A program made the translations under genes and the position numbers. Below, in pieces: positions 27,340-41,545 of a DNA stretch of 64,000 bases. The stretch lies in NCBI RefSeq assembly GCF_009914755.1, contig NC_060947.1. The stretch is one strand, 5' to 3'. The stretch's first letter is position 1, and every line of letters starts with the position of its first letter. The DNA comes from the human T2T-CHM13v2.0 reference genome, Homo sapiens. The notes beneath the pieces are model-generated. The model ran no database searches, was not told the DNA's origin, and saw nothing but the letters and a program-made list of their open reading frames with translations.

Positions 27340-29790
27340 AGAGTTCCTGGTAACCTGAGAGAGAATATCAAATGATTCAACATATATGTAATTGGGATCA
27401 CAGAAATAGAAGGGAAGAAATAATTAGACAAATAGATAGATCTATAAAAGAAATAATGTCTGAAAATTTTCCAAATTTGATGAAAACAATAAACAAGAAT
27501 CTAAAATCTCAAACAAAATAAACACACAAAAATTTACACTAATACATACCATAATCAAATTTTAAAATTTAATGATGAAAAAAATCTTAGCAGCCAGAGA
27601 AGCAGACATACAGTTATTACATACAAAAGAACAAACATAAGAATGACAATAACTTCTCATCAGAAGCTATGCAAGCCAGAAGGCAATGGAACAAAATCTT
27701 TAAAGCACTGAAGAAATTGTTTACTTAGAATTTCAATCTTGAGAAAATATCTTTCAGAAATAAAGGCAAAATAAAGAATTCTCCAGTCAAGCAATATCTA
27801 ATATAATTAATTATCATCAGACCTGTGCTACAAGAAATATTAAAGGAATTTCACCAAGCAGGAGGAAAATAATACCAGATGGGAAAATATGGATTTATAC
27901 ACAGAAATAAAGAGAATTGGAAAGTTTAAATATATGGGTAAATATTTTTTAAATGTCTTCACACTTTATTGTTAATTTACTTAAAAGCTAAGTGACTGTT
28001 TAAAGCAACAATAATAACTATGGATTGTGTGGTTAATAACATATGTAGAGGGAAATCTATGAAAATAATAGTGTAAAATAGAAGAGAAAATGGAAAAGTA
28101 TTGTTGTAAGGTTTTTACAGTTTACATGAAGGGATATAATATCTTTTGAGGAAAGACCATGATAAGATAAAGATGCATATTGGAAATATTAGGGCAACTT
28201 GTGATAAGATAAAACAAAGAGGTAGAGCTAATAAGTCAAGAAAAGAGATTAAATGGAATGTTAATGAAATACCTAAATAATGCCAAGAAAGGCAGTAAAG
28301 AAAAAGCTGCACAAAGAACACATGGGGAAAACAGAAAACAAACAACAATGTATTTAATTCCAAACAAATTGAAAATACATTAAATGAAAATGATGTATTA
28401 TAAGATGCTATCACACTGCAAAAATAATTAAATGCTCCATATAAAATATACAATTTAAATATGAAGACAGAGATAGAAGAATGGAAAAAGATGTAGCATT
28501 CAAGCACTGATCATAAGAAAGCTGGATTTTTATATTAACATCAGATAAACAAGACTTCAGAACAAAGAATATTGCTCAGGCTAGTGAGGAACATTTACAT
28601 TTTATAATTATAAAAGAGCCAATTGATCAAAAATATAATTCTAAACATATAAATGTGTATAACAGATCTTCAAAATGCATGAAGCACTGACACAAAGAAA
28701 ATGAAAAATAGGCAATTTCACAATTACATTTACAGATTTTGATATTCTATCTTCTGTAATTGATACAAGTATACCCTAAACATTAGTAAATATATAGAAG
28801 AATGGAACAATGCTGTCAACCAATTTTACCTAAATGGCATTTATAAAGCATTCCATCCATTCCCTAACAGCACAAAGCACATTATTTTAAAAGTCATATT
28901 GGACATTTCACCAAGATAGACCACATATTTGGGCCATAAATCATATCTGCATATATTTAAAAGAATTGAAACCATACAGAGAAGGTTCTGTGATGCTTAA
29001 TATTAGGTGTCAACTTAACTGGATCAAGGGATTTCAAGATGGCTGCTGAAGCATTGTTTCTGGGTGTGTTTGTGAGGGTGTTTCCAGAGGAGACTGACAT
29101 GTGAGTTACTGGACTGAAAGAAGAAGACCTGACCTCCATATGGGCAGGTACCATCTAACTACCGCTGGTGCAGCTACAAAAAAGCACATAGAAGAAGGGG
29201 GGACATTCGGTTTGCTTGCTCTTTTTTCTTTGTTCACTTTCTCTCTTTCTCTATCTTCCAGAGCAATATGCCCTTTTCAACCTTCCACCTTTGGATATCA
29301 GACTCCAGGTTCTTTGGCTTTTGGTCTCTGGGACTGGCACCAGTGGCTCTCAGGCCTTTGGCTTCAGACTGGAGGCTGCACTTTCGGCTTCTCTGGTTTT
29401 GAGGCTTTAGGACTTGGATTGATCCATACTAATACCTTCCCTGGGAGTCATGCTACTGGCTTCTCTAGGAGCCATGCTACCAGCTTCTATATTTCTCTAG
29501 TTTGCAGACAGCCTATTGAGGGACTTAGTCTCTATGATCCTGTGAGCCAATTCTTCCTAGTGAATTCCCATACACACACACACACGTGTGTGTGTGTAAA
29601 TATATATATATAATATACATAAAATGTTTACACACACATGTATTTATCCCCTATTAGCTCTGTCCTTATGGAGAATCCTAACTAAAACAGGTTTCATGGC
29701 CACAGTGGAGTTGAATTAGAAATAAATAACAAAAATACAAAAATATCTGGAAATGTCTCAAATATTTGAAAAATTTTAAAACCTACTAAA
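27340..29790 (+). mobile_element. Old L1M (ORF1 end to ORF2 endonuclease), interrupted by MLT2
   Basis: A-rich sense L1 motifs (gaaataatgtctgaaaattttccaaatttgatgaaaac; catttcaccaagatagaccacatatttgggccataaa). Confidence 0.8.
28989..29689 (+). mobile_element. MLT2B-like solo LTR
   Basis: tgtgatgcttaatattaggtgtcaactt...ggagaatcctaactaaaaca; TSD ggttc/ggttt. Confidence 0.9.
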
Positions 29791-30322
29791 TGTTACTTTT
29801 ACTTCAAATCAAGACAAAGTATCATGGAGAGGAGTTATCCTCCTTTCTAAAACAACTAAAAGGCTAGACTGAACATGCAAATAATGGCACTCAAGACATT
29901 GGACATCAGGCAATGAAAAATAATTATCCTTGAAAAAAATGAAAAACAAATGAAGTGAACCCTAATATTGGCCCAGACTACTATTTGGAGAAAGTTTCAG
30001 AGTGCAACACAGAAAGGGGTAACTTAGGAAGCCTCCTTTAATTAAGTAGACACAGGTGGGAATCTGAGAAAATTAAGGTGGTTAGAGTTCATATGAGAGG
30101 GTACCAAAGAGGAGAGAGATGCACAGAGAAAAATTTCAGAGATCTGCAGTGGTCTCCCTCAAGTAATCAAGAGAGTGCTAATCTGTGTATGCAAGGCTAG
30201 GGAAATAACCACCCACAAGGATTGTAAAGAACAGTGCTCAGAGATCATACATATTCAGAAAAATTATCTACTGTCAATAGTCAATGTGTAACATCTTACA
30301 ATTCAGGCAGCATTGGTTAGAA

Positions 30323-30515
30323 CAGTAGTTCCCAAAGGAAGGCAATTTTGGCCCCAAGGGGACATTTGGCAATGACTGGAGAAATTTTTGGTTGTCACAA
30401 CTGGGAGCATGCTACTGATATCTAGTCTGAAAGTTAAACAATGCACAGGAAATCTCCCACCACTAAAAGTTATCTGTACCAAAATGTCAGTAGTGATGCA
30501 ATTGAGAAGTCCTAG
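30323..30515 (+). mobile_element. MER20 DNA transposon
   Basis: cagtagttccca...aattttggccccaagggggacatttggcaatgactggaga...ttggttgtcacaactggg...aaaatgtcagtagtg. Confidence 0.88.
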
Positions 30516-30567
30516 GTTAAAGTACTAAAAAGGTCTTGCCTCAGTAATAGTCAAAAATTAACCCTAA

Positions 30568-30852
30568 TCCAGGCATGGTGGCTCAGGCCTGTAATTTCAG
30601 CACTTTGGGAGGCTGAGGCAAGAGGATCACTTGAGGCCAGAAGTTCAAAATCAGCCTGGTCAACATAATGAGACCCTATTTCTACAAAAGAAAAGTTAAA
30701 AAAAATAGACAGTCCTGGTGGTGCATGTCTGTTGCCTCACCTACTGGGGAGGCTGAGGCAGGACGATCCCTTGAGTCCAGGAATTTGAGGCTGCCATGAG
30801 CCATGATCTCACCACTGCATTCCAGCCCGGATGACAGAGTGACACCCTGCCT

Positions 30853-30901
<49 letters not shown>
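30568..30901 (+). mobile_element. AluJ with pure A48 tail
   Basis: J-type diagnostics (gaggatcacttgaggcc, gaggctgccatgagccatgatc); TSD aaaaattaaccctaa. Confidence 0.92.
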
Positions 30902-30903
<2 letters not shown>

Positions 30904-32127
30904 AACCCTAAACTAAACTCTGTTCTTGTTCTTGTCCCAACTAAGAAAACTTTTGCTTCTGTAAGACCTGAAAACAAACAAACAAGCAAACCAACAATTT
31001 CCACAGAACTGAATCCCAGAGCAAAGATCAAAAACAAGCTCAATTTGTAGAAATGTAAACATATTAGTAACTAGTAAGGCAAAATATGCAATGCCTGGTA
31101 GCCAATAAAAATTTACCAGACAGGCAAAGAAGCAGAAAGCACAACCTACAAAACCTATTTTTCTTTTCATCAAAAGAAAAATCAATCAAAATTGACAGAA
31201 AAATTAAAAATATGATAGATTGATAGAAAAAGATATTAAACTATTATTATAACTATATTCTATATGTTCAAGAAGCTGGAGGAAAGATTAAACATGTTAA
31301 GTAGCAAAATGGAACATATGAAAAGATCCAAACCAACTTCTAGACATGAACACTAAAATGTCTGAGATTTTTTAAAAAGTTAGTGGACGTGGTTAATGAC
31401 AGATGACTCATTGGAGATGAAAAGATTATGAAGACATACCAATACACACAAATACACACAGAGTAAAAAACACTCTAAAATAAACCATGGAGTGAAAACT
31501 AACTAAAACATAAATAAATAATTAATAAACGATGGTGCAAACTGCCAGCAACAAAATATACATTCAATTGATGTCTACGAAAGACAGAGGAGAGAGGGGA
31601 AGTCCAAAAATATTTGAAGAAAAAATTGGCAAAATTTTTCAAAAGTTGATGTAAACTGTAAACCCACAGATCTATGCAGCTCAACAAACTGCAGCACAAG
31701 GAGCATGAAGAAAGCTATACTAAGACATAATCAAATGGCTTAAAACCAATGATAAAAAGAAAATCTTAGAAGCAGCCAGAAGGGGAAAATTTGACATATA
31801 GAGGAACAAAGACGAAGATAATAGAAAATTTCCTAATAGAAACAGGGAAACTAGAAAAGAGTAAAGCGAGATATTTAAAGTATTGAAATAAAAATAATTC
31901 AACCTAAAATTGTTTATACTATCTTAAACTATCTTTCAGAAATAAAGGCAAAATAAAGCTTTCTCTGACAGAAAAGTTGAACAGCAGATGTGTACTACAA
32001 GGAAGAAAAACAAAACCAGACAGAAACTTAGAATCTAAATAAATGAATAAAGAGTCCTGGAGCTGGTAACTGCATAAGTAAATATAAGTAATTTTTCTCA
32101 TTATTTAAATCTCTTTAAAAGATCACT

Positions 32128-32885
32128 GGAATCATGAGATACCACTTCGTGATCCCCAGGATGGCTACCATCAAAAAGTCAGATACCATCAAGTGTTGGT
32201 GAGGATATGAAAAAAGTCCAAGCTTCATAAACTGCAGGTAAGACTGTAAAGTGGTGCAGCCATGTTGAAAAACACTCTTGCACTTCCTCAAATAATTAAA
32301 CGTGGTTACCACATAATCCAGCAATTCCACTACAAGGTGTATACCCAAAAGAAATGAAAACACATGTCCACCTGTATATAAGTTTATATACAGATTGTTA
32401 TAGCAGCATTATTCATAATAGTAAAAAAAGCTGGAAACAACACAAATGTCAGTCAATGGATGAATAAACAAAATGTTGTAGAGCTAGACAATGGGATATT
32501 AATTCATTCTTAATAAAAAGTGAAGCACTGATATGTGCTACAATATGGATGAACCTTGAAAACATCATGCCAAGTTAAATAAGTCCATCACAAAAGACTA
32601 CATACTGTATGATTCCATTCTTATGAATGTCCAGAATAGGGATCTAAAGAGACAAAAAATAGAATAATTGTTGCTTAGGGCTAGGTATGGGGAATAGGGA
32701 CGGGGACGGGGTATAGAGGGGTGACAGATAAAGGATACAGGTTTTTTCCTTGAAGTGATGAAAACATTTTCAATTGACTGTGGTAATAAGTATATATTTC
32801 TGAATATAGCAAAAAACAGAATTTTACACTTTAAATGAGTGGACTGTGTAGTATATCAAAGACGTCTCAATAAAGTAATTAGAAA
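32128..32885 (+). mobile_element. L1MB-type 3' end
   Basis: atgagataccacttc...ggatgaaccttgaaaacatcatgc...tctcaataaag. Confidence 0.85.
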
Positions 32886-34575
32886 AAGAGAATTGGCTCT
32901 TTTAAAGAAAAAATAAAATGTATCGTAGGATTTATAACATATTGAAATAAAATGAGATCACAAAGGCCAAAAGGGGAGAAATAGAAGTATACTATGTATG
33001 GTTCTCATATTTCATGTGAAACAGTATAATGTCACTTGAAGACAGATTGTGATAAGTTAAAGATGCATATTATAAAACTTACAGGAAATACTAAGTAACA
33101 AAACACTTGTTATAATTAACAAGCCCACAAAGGAGATAAAATAGAATCATAAAAAACTCAGTTAATCCAAAAATGACATGAAAGAGGAACAAAGAACAGA
33201 TGGGACAAATAGAAAACAAATATAAAAATGGTAGATTTAACCTCAGCCATATCAAAAATTAGATGAAATATAAATGTTCTAAACACCACACAAAAGGGCA
33301 GACAAATCAGATTAATAAAGCAGCAAAACCTAAATATATGCTACTTAAAAGAAAGCCACTTTAAATATGAAGACACAAATAGGTTCAAAAATGAAAGAGT
33401 GAAAAATGATATTTCATGCTGACGTCCAGCTGTCCAAAGAAAGCTGGAACAGCTATATTAGTATCAGGCAAAGTGGATTTCAGAGGAAATAATATTGCCA
33501 GAAGTAAAAAACGATCATTTTCTGATGTTAAAGGTATTGATTAATCAATATAATGTAACAATCTAAGAATTTATGAACTTAAAAACAGAGCTTCCAAATA
33601 TATGAAACAAAAACTAATAAAAACTAAAATTAATGAGAAAAATCTGCCATTAAAATAGGAGATTTCAATATTCCTCTACTAATAACTAATAGAAAATATA
33701 AACAGAAAGTCAGCAATGATATAGAAGACTTGAACAACAAAATTAGTCAACTTAATCTAATTGCATTCATAGAACACTCCACCCCACAACATTAGAATAC
33801 ACATTTTTTTTTCAAATGCACATGACACGTTTACCAAAATAGGCCATATTCTGGGTTGTAAACAATTCACATTAAATTTAAAAGGATTCAAGTTATACAA
33901 ACTATGTTCTCTGACACCTATAGAATTAAATTAGAAATTAACAAGAGGTGTGTACTTTTAGAAGCTAGTAAATAATACACCCATGACTAGATATCTCTTT
34001 CAAATAAAAAAATCAAGAAGAGAAAGGTATCTGAAAAAATTCCAAACATTTGTAAACTAATAAAAAAAAATTAAAAATAAGAAAATTTTAAAAAATAAAA
34101 AAATAAAATAAATAACTCATGGATCAAAGAAAAAAAATTAAAAGGGAAATGTAAAAGTATGTTAAACTAAATGAAAAGAAAACACAATATAACAAAATTT
34201 GTGGAACACAAAGTAGAATTTGGAAGAATATTTATAGCATTATAGACCTCTATTAGACAAAAAGAAAAGTCTCTAATCAATGATATTAGCCTATTCCCTA
34301 ACAAACTAGAAAAGAAAGAGAAAATGAAAAATAAGCAGAAAAAACTAACAAAGAACAGAGCAGAATCAATGAAATAGAAAATAGAAAAACAAAACAATAG
34401 AGAAAATCAGTAAAACCAAAATCCAGCTCTTTGGATCAATCAATAAAGTTGATAAACATCTAGTCATGTTGATCAGGGAAAAAAGAGACAAGACACAAAT
34501 TACCAATATCAGGAATGAGAAAGGTGACATCACTAAAGATTCTACAGATATTAAAATACTAATAAGAGGATATCA

Positions 34576-37094
34576 TGTTTCATCATATGTAAATAAATCA
34601 ATGTAATATGCCACATTAACAGAGTGAAGGGAAAATACGTGATCATCTCAATTGATGCAGAAAATTCATTTGACAAAACTCAACACGCTTTCATGATAAA
34701 GACATTCAACAAACTAGGAATAGAAGGAAACTACCTGAATATAATAAAGGTCATAAATAACCCACAGTTAACATCACATTCAGTAATGAAAGACTGAAAG
34801 ATCTTTCTTGAAGATCAAGCACAAGACAAGGATGCACTCTTTTGAAATTTCTAGTCAACATAATACTAGAATTCCTAGCCAGAACAATTAGGCAAGAAAA
34901 AATAAAATAAATCCAAAATGGAGGGGAGGAAGTCGAATTGTCTTTGGTCACAGACAACATGATGTTATATGTAAAAACTCCTAAAGATTCCACAAAATAC
35001 TGTTACAACTAATAAATCTAGCAAAGATGCAAGATACAAAATTAACATGCGAAAATCAGTGCATTTCTCAACACTAACAATGAACAATCTGAAAAGGAAG
35101 GTTAAAAACTAATTCCATTTACAATAGCATGGAAAATAACAGAATACGTAGGAATAAATTTATCCATTGAGCCAAAAGTCTTGTACACTGAAAACTACAA
35201 TACACTGGTGAAAGAAATTAAAGACAGCAAAAATAAATTTTAAAAAATCTCTTGTTCATGGATTAGAAGACTAATATTGTTAAAATATTCATACTGTCCA
35301 AAGCAATCTACAGATTCAATGCAAACCTTATAAAATCCCAACAACACTTTTTGCAGAAATAGAAAAATCCACCATAAAATGCCTATGGAATAGGAAGGAA
35401 CCAAGAATAGCCACAGTAGTCTTGAAAAAGAACAGAATTGAAGGTCTCACACTTCCAGATTTCAAAACTTAGTATAAAACTACAGTAATTGCCAGGCACA
35501 ATGGCTCACACCTATAATCTCAGCACTTTGAGAGGCTGAAATAGGAGGATTACTTGACCCCAGGAGTTTGAGACCAGCCTGAGCAACATAGGGGGACCCC
35601 ATCTCTACAAAATATTTGAAAGTTAATTGGATGTGGTGGCATGCTCCTGTGGTCCCAGCTGGAATCCAGCCTGGGCAACAGAGCAAAACTCAGTCTCAAA
35701 ACAACAACAACAACAAAAAAAAAGCTACAATAATCAAAGCAATGTAGTACTGGTACAAAGACAGACATATAGACCAATGGAATAGAATAGAAATCCCAGA
35801 AACAATTCCTCACATACATAGTCAAATGATTTTCAACAAGGATGCCAAGACCATTGGATGGGGAAGGACGATCTTTTCAACACATGGTACTGGGAAACCT
35901 GAGAAAAAATTAAGTTGAACCCATACCTTACAACATATACAAAAATTACCTCAAAATGGATCAAAGGCCAAAAGAGCTAAAAACCTTTAGGAGTAAACAT
36001 AATGGGAAAATTTCATGACATTGGATTTAACAATAATTCCTTGGATATGACACCAAAGGCACAGGAAACTAAAGGAAAAATAGGCAAATTGAACTACATT
36101 AAATTGTAAAGACTTTTGTGCATCAAAGGACGCTATCATCAGAGAGAAAATATAACCCACAGAATGGGAGGAAATATTTGCAAGCTATATATCGGAGTTA
36201 ATATCCAGAATATATAAAGAACACTTATAACTCAACAACAAAAAATACATAAATAAATAGTAAACACTTTTGCCAATAAAAAATGGGCAAAATATTTGAA
36301 TAAACATTTCTCCATAGGATATATACAAGTGGCCAGCAAGAATATAAAAAGATCCTCAAATCATCAATTATTAAAGAAATGCAAAGCAAGACCACAATGG
36401 GCTATCACTTTGCACACAGTAGGATAGCTATTTTTAACAAAGAAGAAGAAAAGAAAATGCTAAATATTACAGGGTATGTAGAAATTACAGTCCTTGTACA
36501 AGCATTACTGGTAGGAATGTAAAACAGTGCAGTTTCTTTGGAAAATAGTATGACAGCTCCTAAATAATTTAAAAATAGTATTACCTTATGATTCAGCAAT
36601 TTTAATTCTGACTATATTCTAAAAGAATTGAAAGAAGGCACTTAGAAAGATATTTGTGTACCCATGTACATAAAAGCATTATTTACATTAGCCAAAAGTT
36701 GGAAGTAACCCAAGTGCTTCTTGATAGATGAGGAGATATGTGTAATGTGATACTGTATACATAGAATGGGATACTGCTCAGCCTTAAAATGGGAAAAAAT
36801 TCTGACACACTTTAAAACTTGGACAAACTGAAGACATTATGAAATAAGCAAGTCACAGAATGACAAATACAATATGATTTGACTTATATAAGTGACTTAG
36901 AGTAGTCAAATTCATAGAGACAGAAAGTAGAAAGGTTGTTGCCAGAGGCTGGAGAAAGGAGGAGTTGTTTAATGGGTACAGAGTTTCGGTTGTGCAAGAT
37001 AAAAAGATTTCTGGAGATGGATGATGGTGATGGTTGCACAACAATATGAATTTACTGAATCTCACTGAACTTCACACCTATAAATGGTTAAAAT
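34576..37094 (+). mobile_element. L1MB/MA ORF2 3' half and 3' UTR
   Basis: atcatctcaattgatgcagaaaattcatttgacaaa (RT region)...agagacagaaagtagaa...ctggagatggatgatggtgatggttgcac. Confidence 0.88.
35490..35723 (+). mobile_element. AluJ with an internal deletion in the right arm
   Basis: gtcccagct joins directly to ggaatccagcctggg; approximate TSD aaaactacagtaat / aaagctacaataat. Confidence 0.85.
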
Positions 37095-37585
37095 CATTTG
37101 TTTCAAGAAACTTTTTCATTTCCTTCTTAATGTCTTCATTGACCCACTGGTTATTCAGAAGCATATTGTTTAATTTCTGTTTGTTTGTTTGTACAGTTTC
37201 CAAAATTCCTCGTTATTGATTTCTAGTTTTATTCCATTGTGGTCAGAGAAGATGCTTGATGTTATTTCCATTTTTGAATGTTTTAAGACTTGTTTTGTGA
37301 CCTAACATATGGTCTATCCTTGAGAATGACCCATGTGCTGAGGAAAAGAATGTGTATTCTGGAGTTCTTGGATGAAATGTTCTGTAAATATTAGATCCAT
37401 TTAGTCTACAGTGCAGATTAAGTCTGATGTTTCTTTGTTGATTGTCTGTATTAAAGATCTGTTCAATGATGAAAGTGGAGTGTTAAATTATCCAGCTATT
37501 ATTGTATTGGGGTCTATTACTTTAGCTGTTATAATATTTGCTTTATATATCTGGATGCTCCAGTGTTGGGTGCATATATTTTTAC
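37095..37585 (-). mobile_element. L1 ORF2 endonuclease-region fragment, antisense
   Basis: ttcattgacccactggttattcagaagcatattgtttaattt...ccagtgttgggtgcatatat. Confidence 0.85.
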
Positions 37586-38558
37586 AGATATATATTTACA
37601 GATCTGTGGGAGCAAGGTTTTGGAAATGACTGGAAAGAGACAGAAGGTAATCTTGTAGAGTGATGGAAATGTTTTATATCTTGATGGTGGTTGTGGTTAC
37701 ACAGGTGTACACATTTGTCAAAACTCATACAACTGTACAATAAAATGCACTAATGTTTAATTTATGTAAAATACATTTCAATACATTTAAGGGTTTTCAA
37801 AAAAGTACATGTATTAGAATGGCCAAATATTAAAAACTGACAATACCAATTCTTGGTGAGGCTGTAAAACAACAATAACTCTCATCCATTGCTGGTGGGG
37901 AATACAAAATGATACAACCACTTTAGAAAGTTTGGCAGTTGCTTACAAAGCTGAACATAGTTTTACTATACAGTTCAGTAGTCATGCTCCTATGTATTTA
38001 CTCAACTGATTTGAAAACTTGCATCCACACAAAAACCTGCATTTCAATGTCTATAGCAGCTTTACTCATAATCACCCAAAACTGGAAACAAGCAAGATGT
38101 CCTTCAATAGGAGAATGGATAAACATACTGTAATATATCCATACAGGTGGAATATTATTTAGTAATAAAATGAATGAGCCAAGAAACCATGCAAAGATAT
38201 GCATGAATATTAAATAAATATTTCTAACTGAAAGAAGCCAGCCTGAAGGCTATACTGTATGATTCTATTTATGTGACATTCTGAAAAAGGCAAAATTGTA
38301 GAGATAACAAATAAATCATGATTGTCAGGGGCTTGTGATGAGATCGGGGCAGTTGAATAGGTGAATACAGGGGAATTTTCAGGGCAGCAAAACTGTTCTG
38401 AATGATATTGCACTGGTGGATATATGATGCTATTTTTTCAAAATCCACAGAACTTTATATTACAAAGAGTGAGTCTTAATGTACACAAATTTAAAAAATC
38501 ATTTGAGGTCAGTGGATCCCAAGATGAAATACAGAATGTGAAATGAAGAATTGAACTG

Positions 38559-38968
38559 TGATATCGTTTGGCTCTGTTGACCTAAAAGTTATGATACCTC
38601 AGTAGTAAGAAGCACCCAAATCTCATCTCAAATTATAATCCCCATAATCCACACATATTGAGAGAGAAACCAGGTGGGAGGTGATTGTATCATGGGAGTA
38701 GTTTCCCCTATGCTGTTCTCATGATAGTAAGTGGGTTCTTATGAGATCTTATGGATTTATAAGGGGATCTTCCCCCTTGGCTCCTTATTCTTCTCTCTCC
38801 TGCTGCCATGTGAAGAAGGCCCTTGCTTCCCCTTCACCTTCTGCCATATAGTAAGTTTCCTGAGGCCTCCCCTGCCATGCAGGATTGTGAGTAAATTAAA
38901 CCTCTTTTCTTTAAAAATTACCCAGTCTTGGATATTTCTTTATATCAGTGTGAGAATGGACTAATACA
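38559..38968 (+). mobile_element. THE1D/MSTA-like solo LTR
   Basis: tgatatcgtttggctctg...tgagaatggactaataca; TSD aactg/aaccg. Confidence 0.9.
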
Positions 38969-39729
38969 AACCGTATTACAAATGTGTGATGAAAGGAGAT
39001 GGGAGAAAAGTTACCAACCTAAGTAACTTTGGAAATGAGTGTTTTTTGCTTTAGATTGTAGGACTAAAGACAGTAAGAACTGCACATAAGCCTTGTACTC
39101 TAGTTGATACATTTGTTTTCCACAGGGATATGGGTTAGCAAATTTGATACTACCATACATGTTTACTGGAATTCAACAATCAGGTAAATGGAGGCATATG
39201 GTGGGAGCCAGATTTCTCACAATTGGAGTGGGTAGGTACACATATGTAAAAGGACAAGGCTAGAATGACCTATGTGGTAATGAAGACTTGAAGACATCAG
39301 TAGGAGCTTATCTTCAGCTTAAATTATATAAATGTGGTTATATAGAGAAATATGGAAAGATATGTGCATGTAAATACTCAAGTTAGTGTATGTACATATA
39401 TTTTGTTGTTCTGTCGGCCTAAAAGCTATGATACCTCAGTAGTAACAAGTACACTTAGTGCCCAGATCTTGGTCTCTAATACCATTTTTCAATTAAAAGA
39501 ACCAGTGCTCCCTGAAAAAATGTCTGATTCTAGGAATGAGTCAAGATATATTCAAGATGATCCTTGGGCATCCCATAGTACAACAACATAAGAAAGTGCT
39601 AAGAAAAAAACCCACTACATTATAGGGGTATGTCAAAGGGATAGACATGTCAACTGAAAGAGCTTCTGATAGGCAGAGATAGAACAAGTTAAAGAACAAA
39701 ATAAATAACTTATTATTGGATTATAACCT

Positions 39730-40237
39730 TGTAAGATACAATTAATTTTAGCCTACTAACTTCCTTGTCTTTTGTTCTCAAACTCAACTTTCCTGTTCCT
39801 CCTTGCCCCTAGTTACTGTAAAACAGCCTATCCTTTCCCATCAGGTCCAATGAATAACTCACATCTGTTCCCTTGGTTACCTTCCCCCACCCACTGTTCT
39901 CCCGAAACTGCATATCTCACATGCTCCACCTCTGTACCACACATCCCTCTCCCCTTCTATATTTAGAAAAATATGTACAAGTAGCCAATCGGGTCAGCTC
40001 AGATTGTGCAGTCTGACCCCAGCCCATGGGGGAGGGACACAGAAGTAGGGATTGTGTTAAGGATATAAAAAACTCCTAGTCTCCTTTGTTCCGTGTGCTC
40101 TTATGATCTTGACTGACGCAGGTAGCATGCTTCTGCAGAAGTAAATTGCCTTGCTGAGAGAATTAAACTTTTGCCTGAGTGCTGGTTTCACTTTGTGGCA
40201 CCAAGCATTTATTCATAGAGGATTTTTATAGCCAACA
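39730..40237 (+). mobile_element. ERV1-class solo LTR (subfamily not assigned)
   Basis: TG...CA termini, perfect 4-bp TSD acct (39726-39729 and 40238-40241), CCAAT at about 39985, TATAAAA at about 40064, ATTAAA at about 40162. Confidence 0.8.
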
Positions 40238-41334
40238 ACCTGAAGTATAACATACATGTGCATGAGTCCATACTTATGAAATCAAATAAATGTAATAATA
40301 AATAAGAGAAAAGACACAAATCTTTCATGTAGAAGAACTAGAACTGATTCATACAGGTACTTTCCTCTCGATGAAGTGCAGCATAACTCCCCACTCCTTA
40401 AAAGTGACTTCCTTCCAAAGAGTACAGTGTGGAAAAGGAGGAAATAGAGCAACTTTATGGTAGACAAATCTGATAAACACTATTGCAACCATGTCAGCAT
40501 CAAAAATTATGAGTCGTGTTGATAGTATGAACTTTTGATGTGACATGATGAGAATGCCACTTCATCTCTGTAGTCTTCCTCCCCAAACCCATAATCTCAG
40601 TCTAATAATGAGAAAAATATCAGGCAAACTACAATTGAGGGTCATTAAGCAGAATACCTGACAATTATTTTTCAAAACTGTCAAGGTCATGAAAAATAAT
40701 GAAACTGTTAGAAACTGACACAGCCAAGAGGAGCCTAAGGAGACATGTTGACTAAATGTAATGTGTTATCTGTTCTGAATAGGATCCTGACACCCAAAAA
40801 ATGGCATTAGGTAAAAAGTAAGGAAATCTGAATGAAGTATAAACCTGAGTAATAATAACGTATCATATTGATTTATTAATTGTGACAAATGCACCAAACT
40901 AATGTGAGATGTTAATAATAGAGGAAACTGGATATGAAATATATAAGAACTTTGTGGTATCTTTGCAATTTTTCTGTAGTACTAAAAGTATTATAAAATA
41001 AAGTTTATTTTTTAAAAATCTGATAACTGCCCCCATCACCTGAGATTCTGATTTAATTGATCAGTTTTGTGGCCTTAGCATTGGGATTTTTAAAGACTCC
41101 CTAGGTTATACTAGGATAGGCTTGCAGCCAGGTTTGAGAAATAGTGGATGAGTGCCTGAGGCTGAGGACACTGAGCAAGTGCCAGGAACCACTTGCATAT
41201 TGACAATGCTTATTGGCCGTAATTTAATCTCATAAAATCATATTCCCTCAACAGATACCATCTCCCTGCTTCTTAGGATAAGTGAATGGCACCATACAAA
41301 ATACACTGATGTCTTTAATATTGTTTTAGATTAA

Positions 41335-41545
41335 AGAGCACTATTCAAAAGAGCTTTTGTGATGAAAATGTTCTACATATACACTCTCCAATATGGTAAC
41401 CACTAGCTACATGTGGCTATTGAGCGCTTGAAATGTGGCTAGTGTGACTGAAAAAGTGAAGTTTTAATTTTATTTAATGTTAATTAATGCAAATTTAAAT
41501 ATCAACATATGACTAGTGGCTACCATATTGGACAGCATTGCTCTA
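41335..41545. mobile_element. MER3 DNA transposon (a MER5A piece lies at about 41015-41145)
   Basis: ccaatatggtaaccactagctacatgtggctattgagcgcttgaaatgtggctagt...ctagtggctaccatattggacagca. Confidence 0.85.

Larger units (their letters stand above)
29790..34575 (+). mobile_element. Old L1M (L1MD/M4-like) 5' region, ORF1 and ORF2 start, with nested insertions
   Basis: Continuous degenerate sense L1 across the MER20, Alu and L1MB insertions. Confidence 0.75.
37810..41015 (+). mobile_element. L1MC/MD-type ORF2 end and long 3' UTR with two nested LTRs
   Basis: aaaactgacaatacc...ctggaaacaagcaagatgtccttcaatagg...gtatctttgcaatttttctgta...aataaagtttatt. Confidence 0.8.

Noticed and set aside
29101-29613. 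Longest ORF in the window (170 aa)
   Set aside because: Lies entirely inside an MLT2 LTR and has no protein features.
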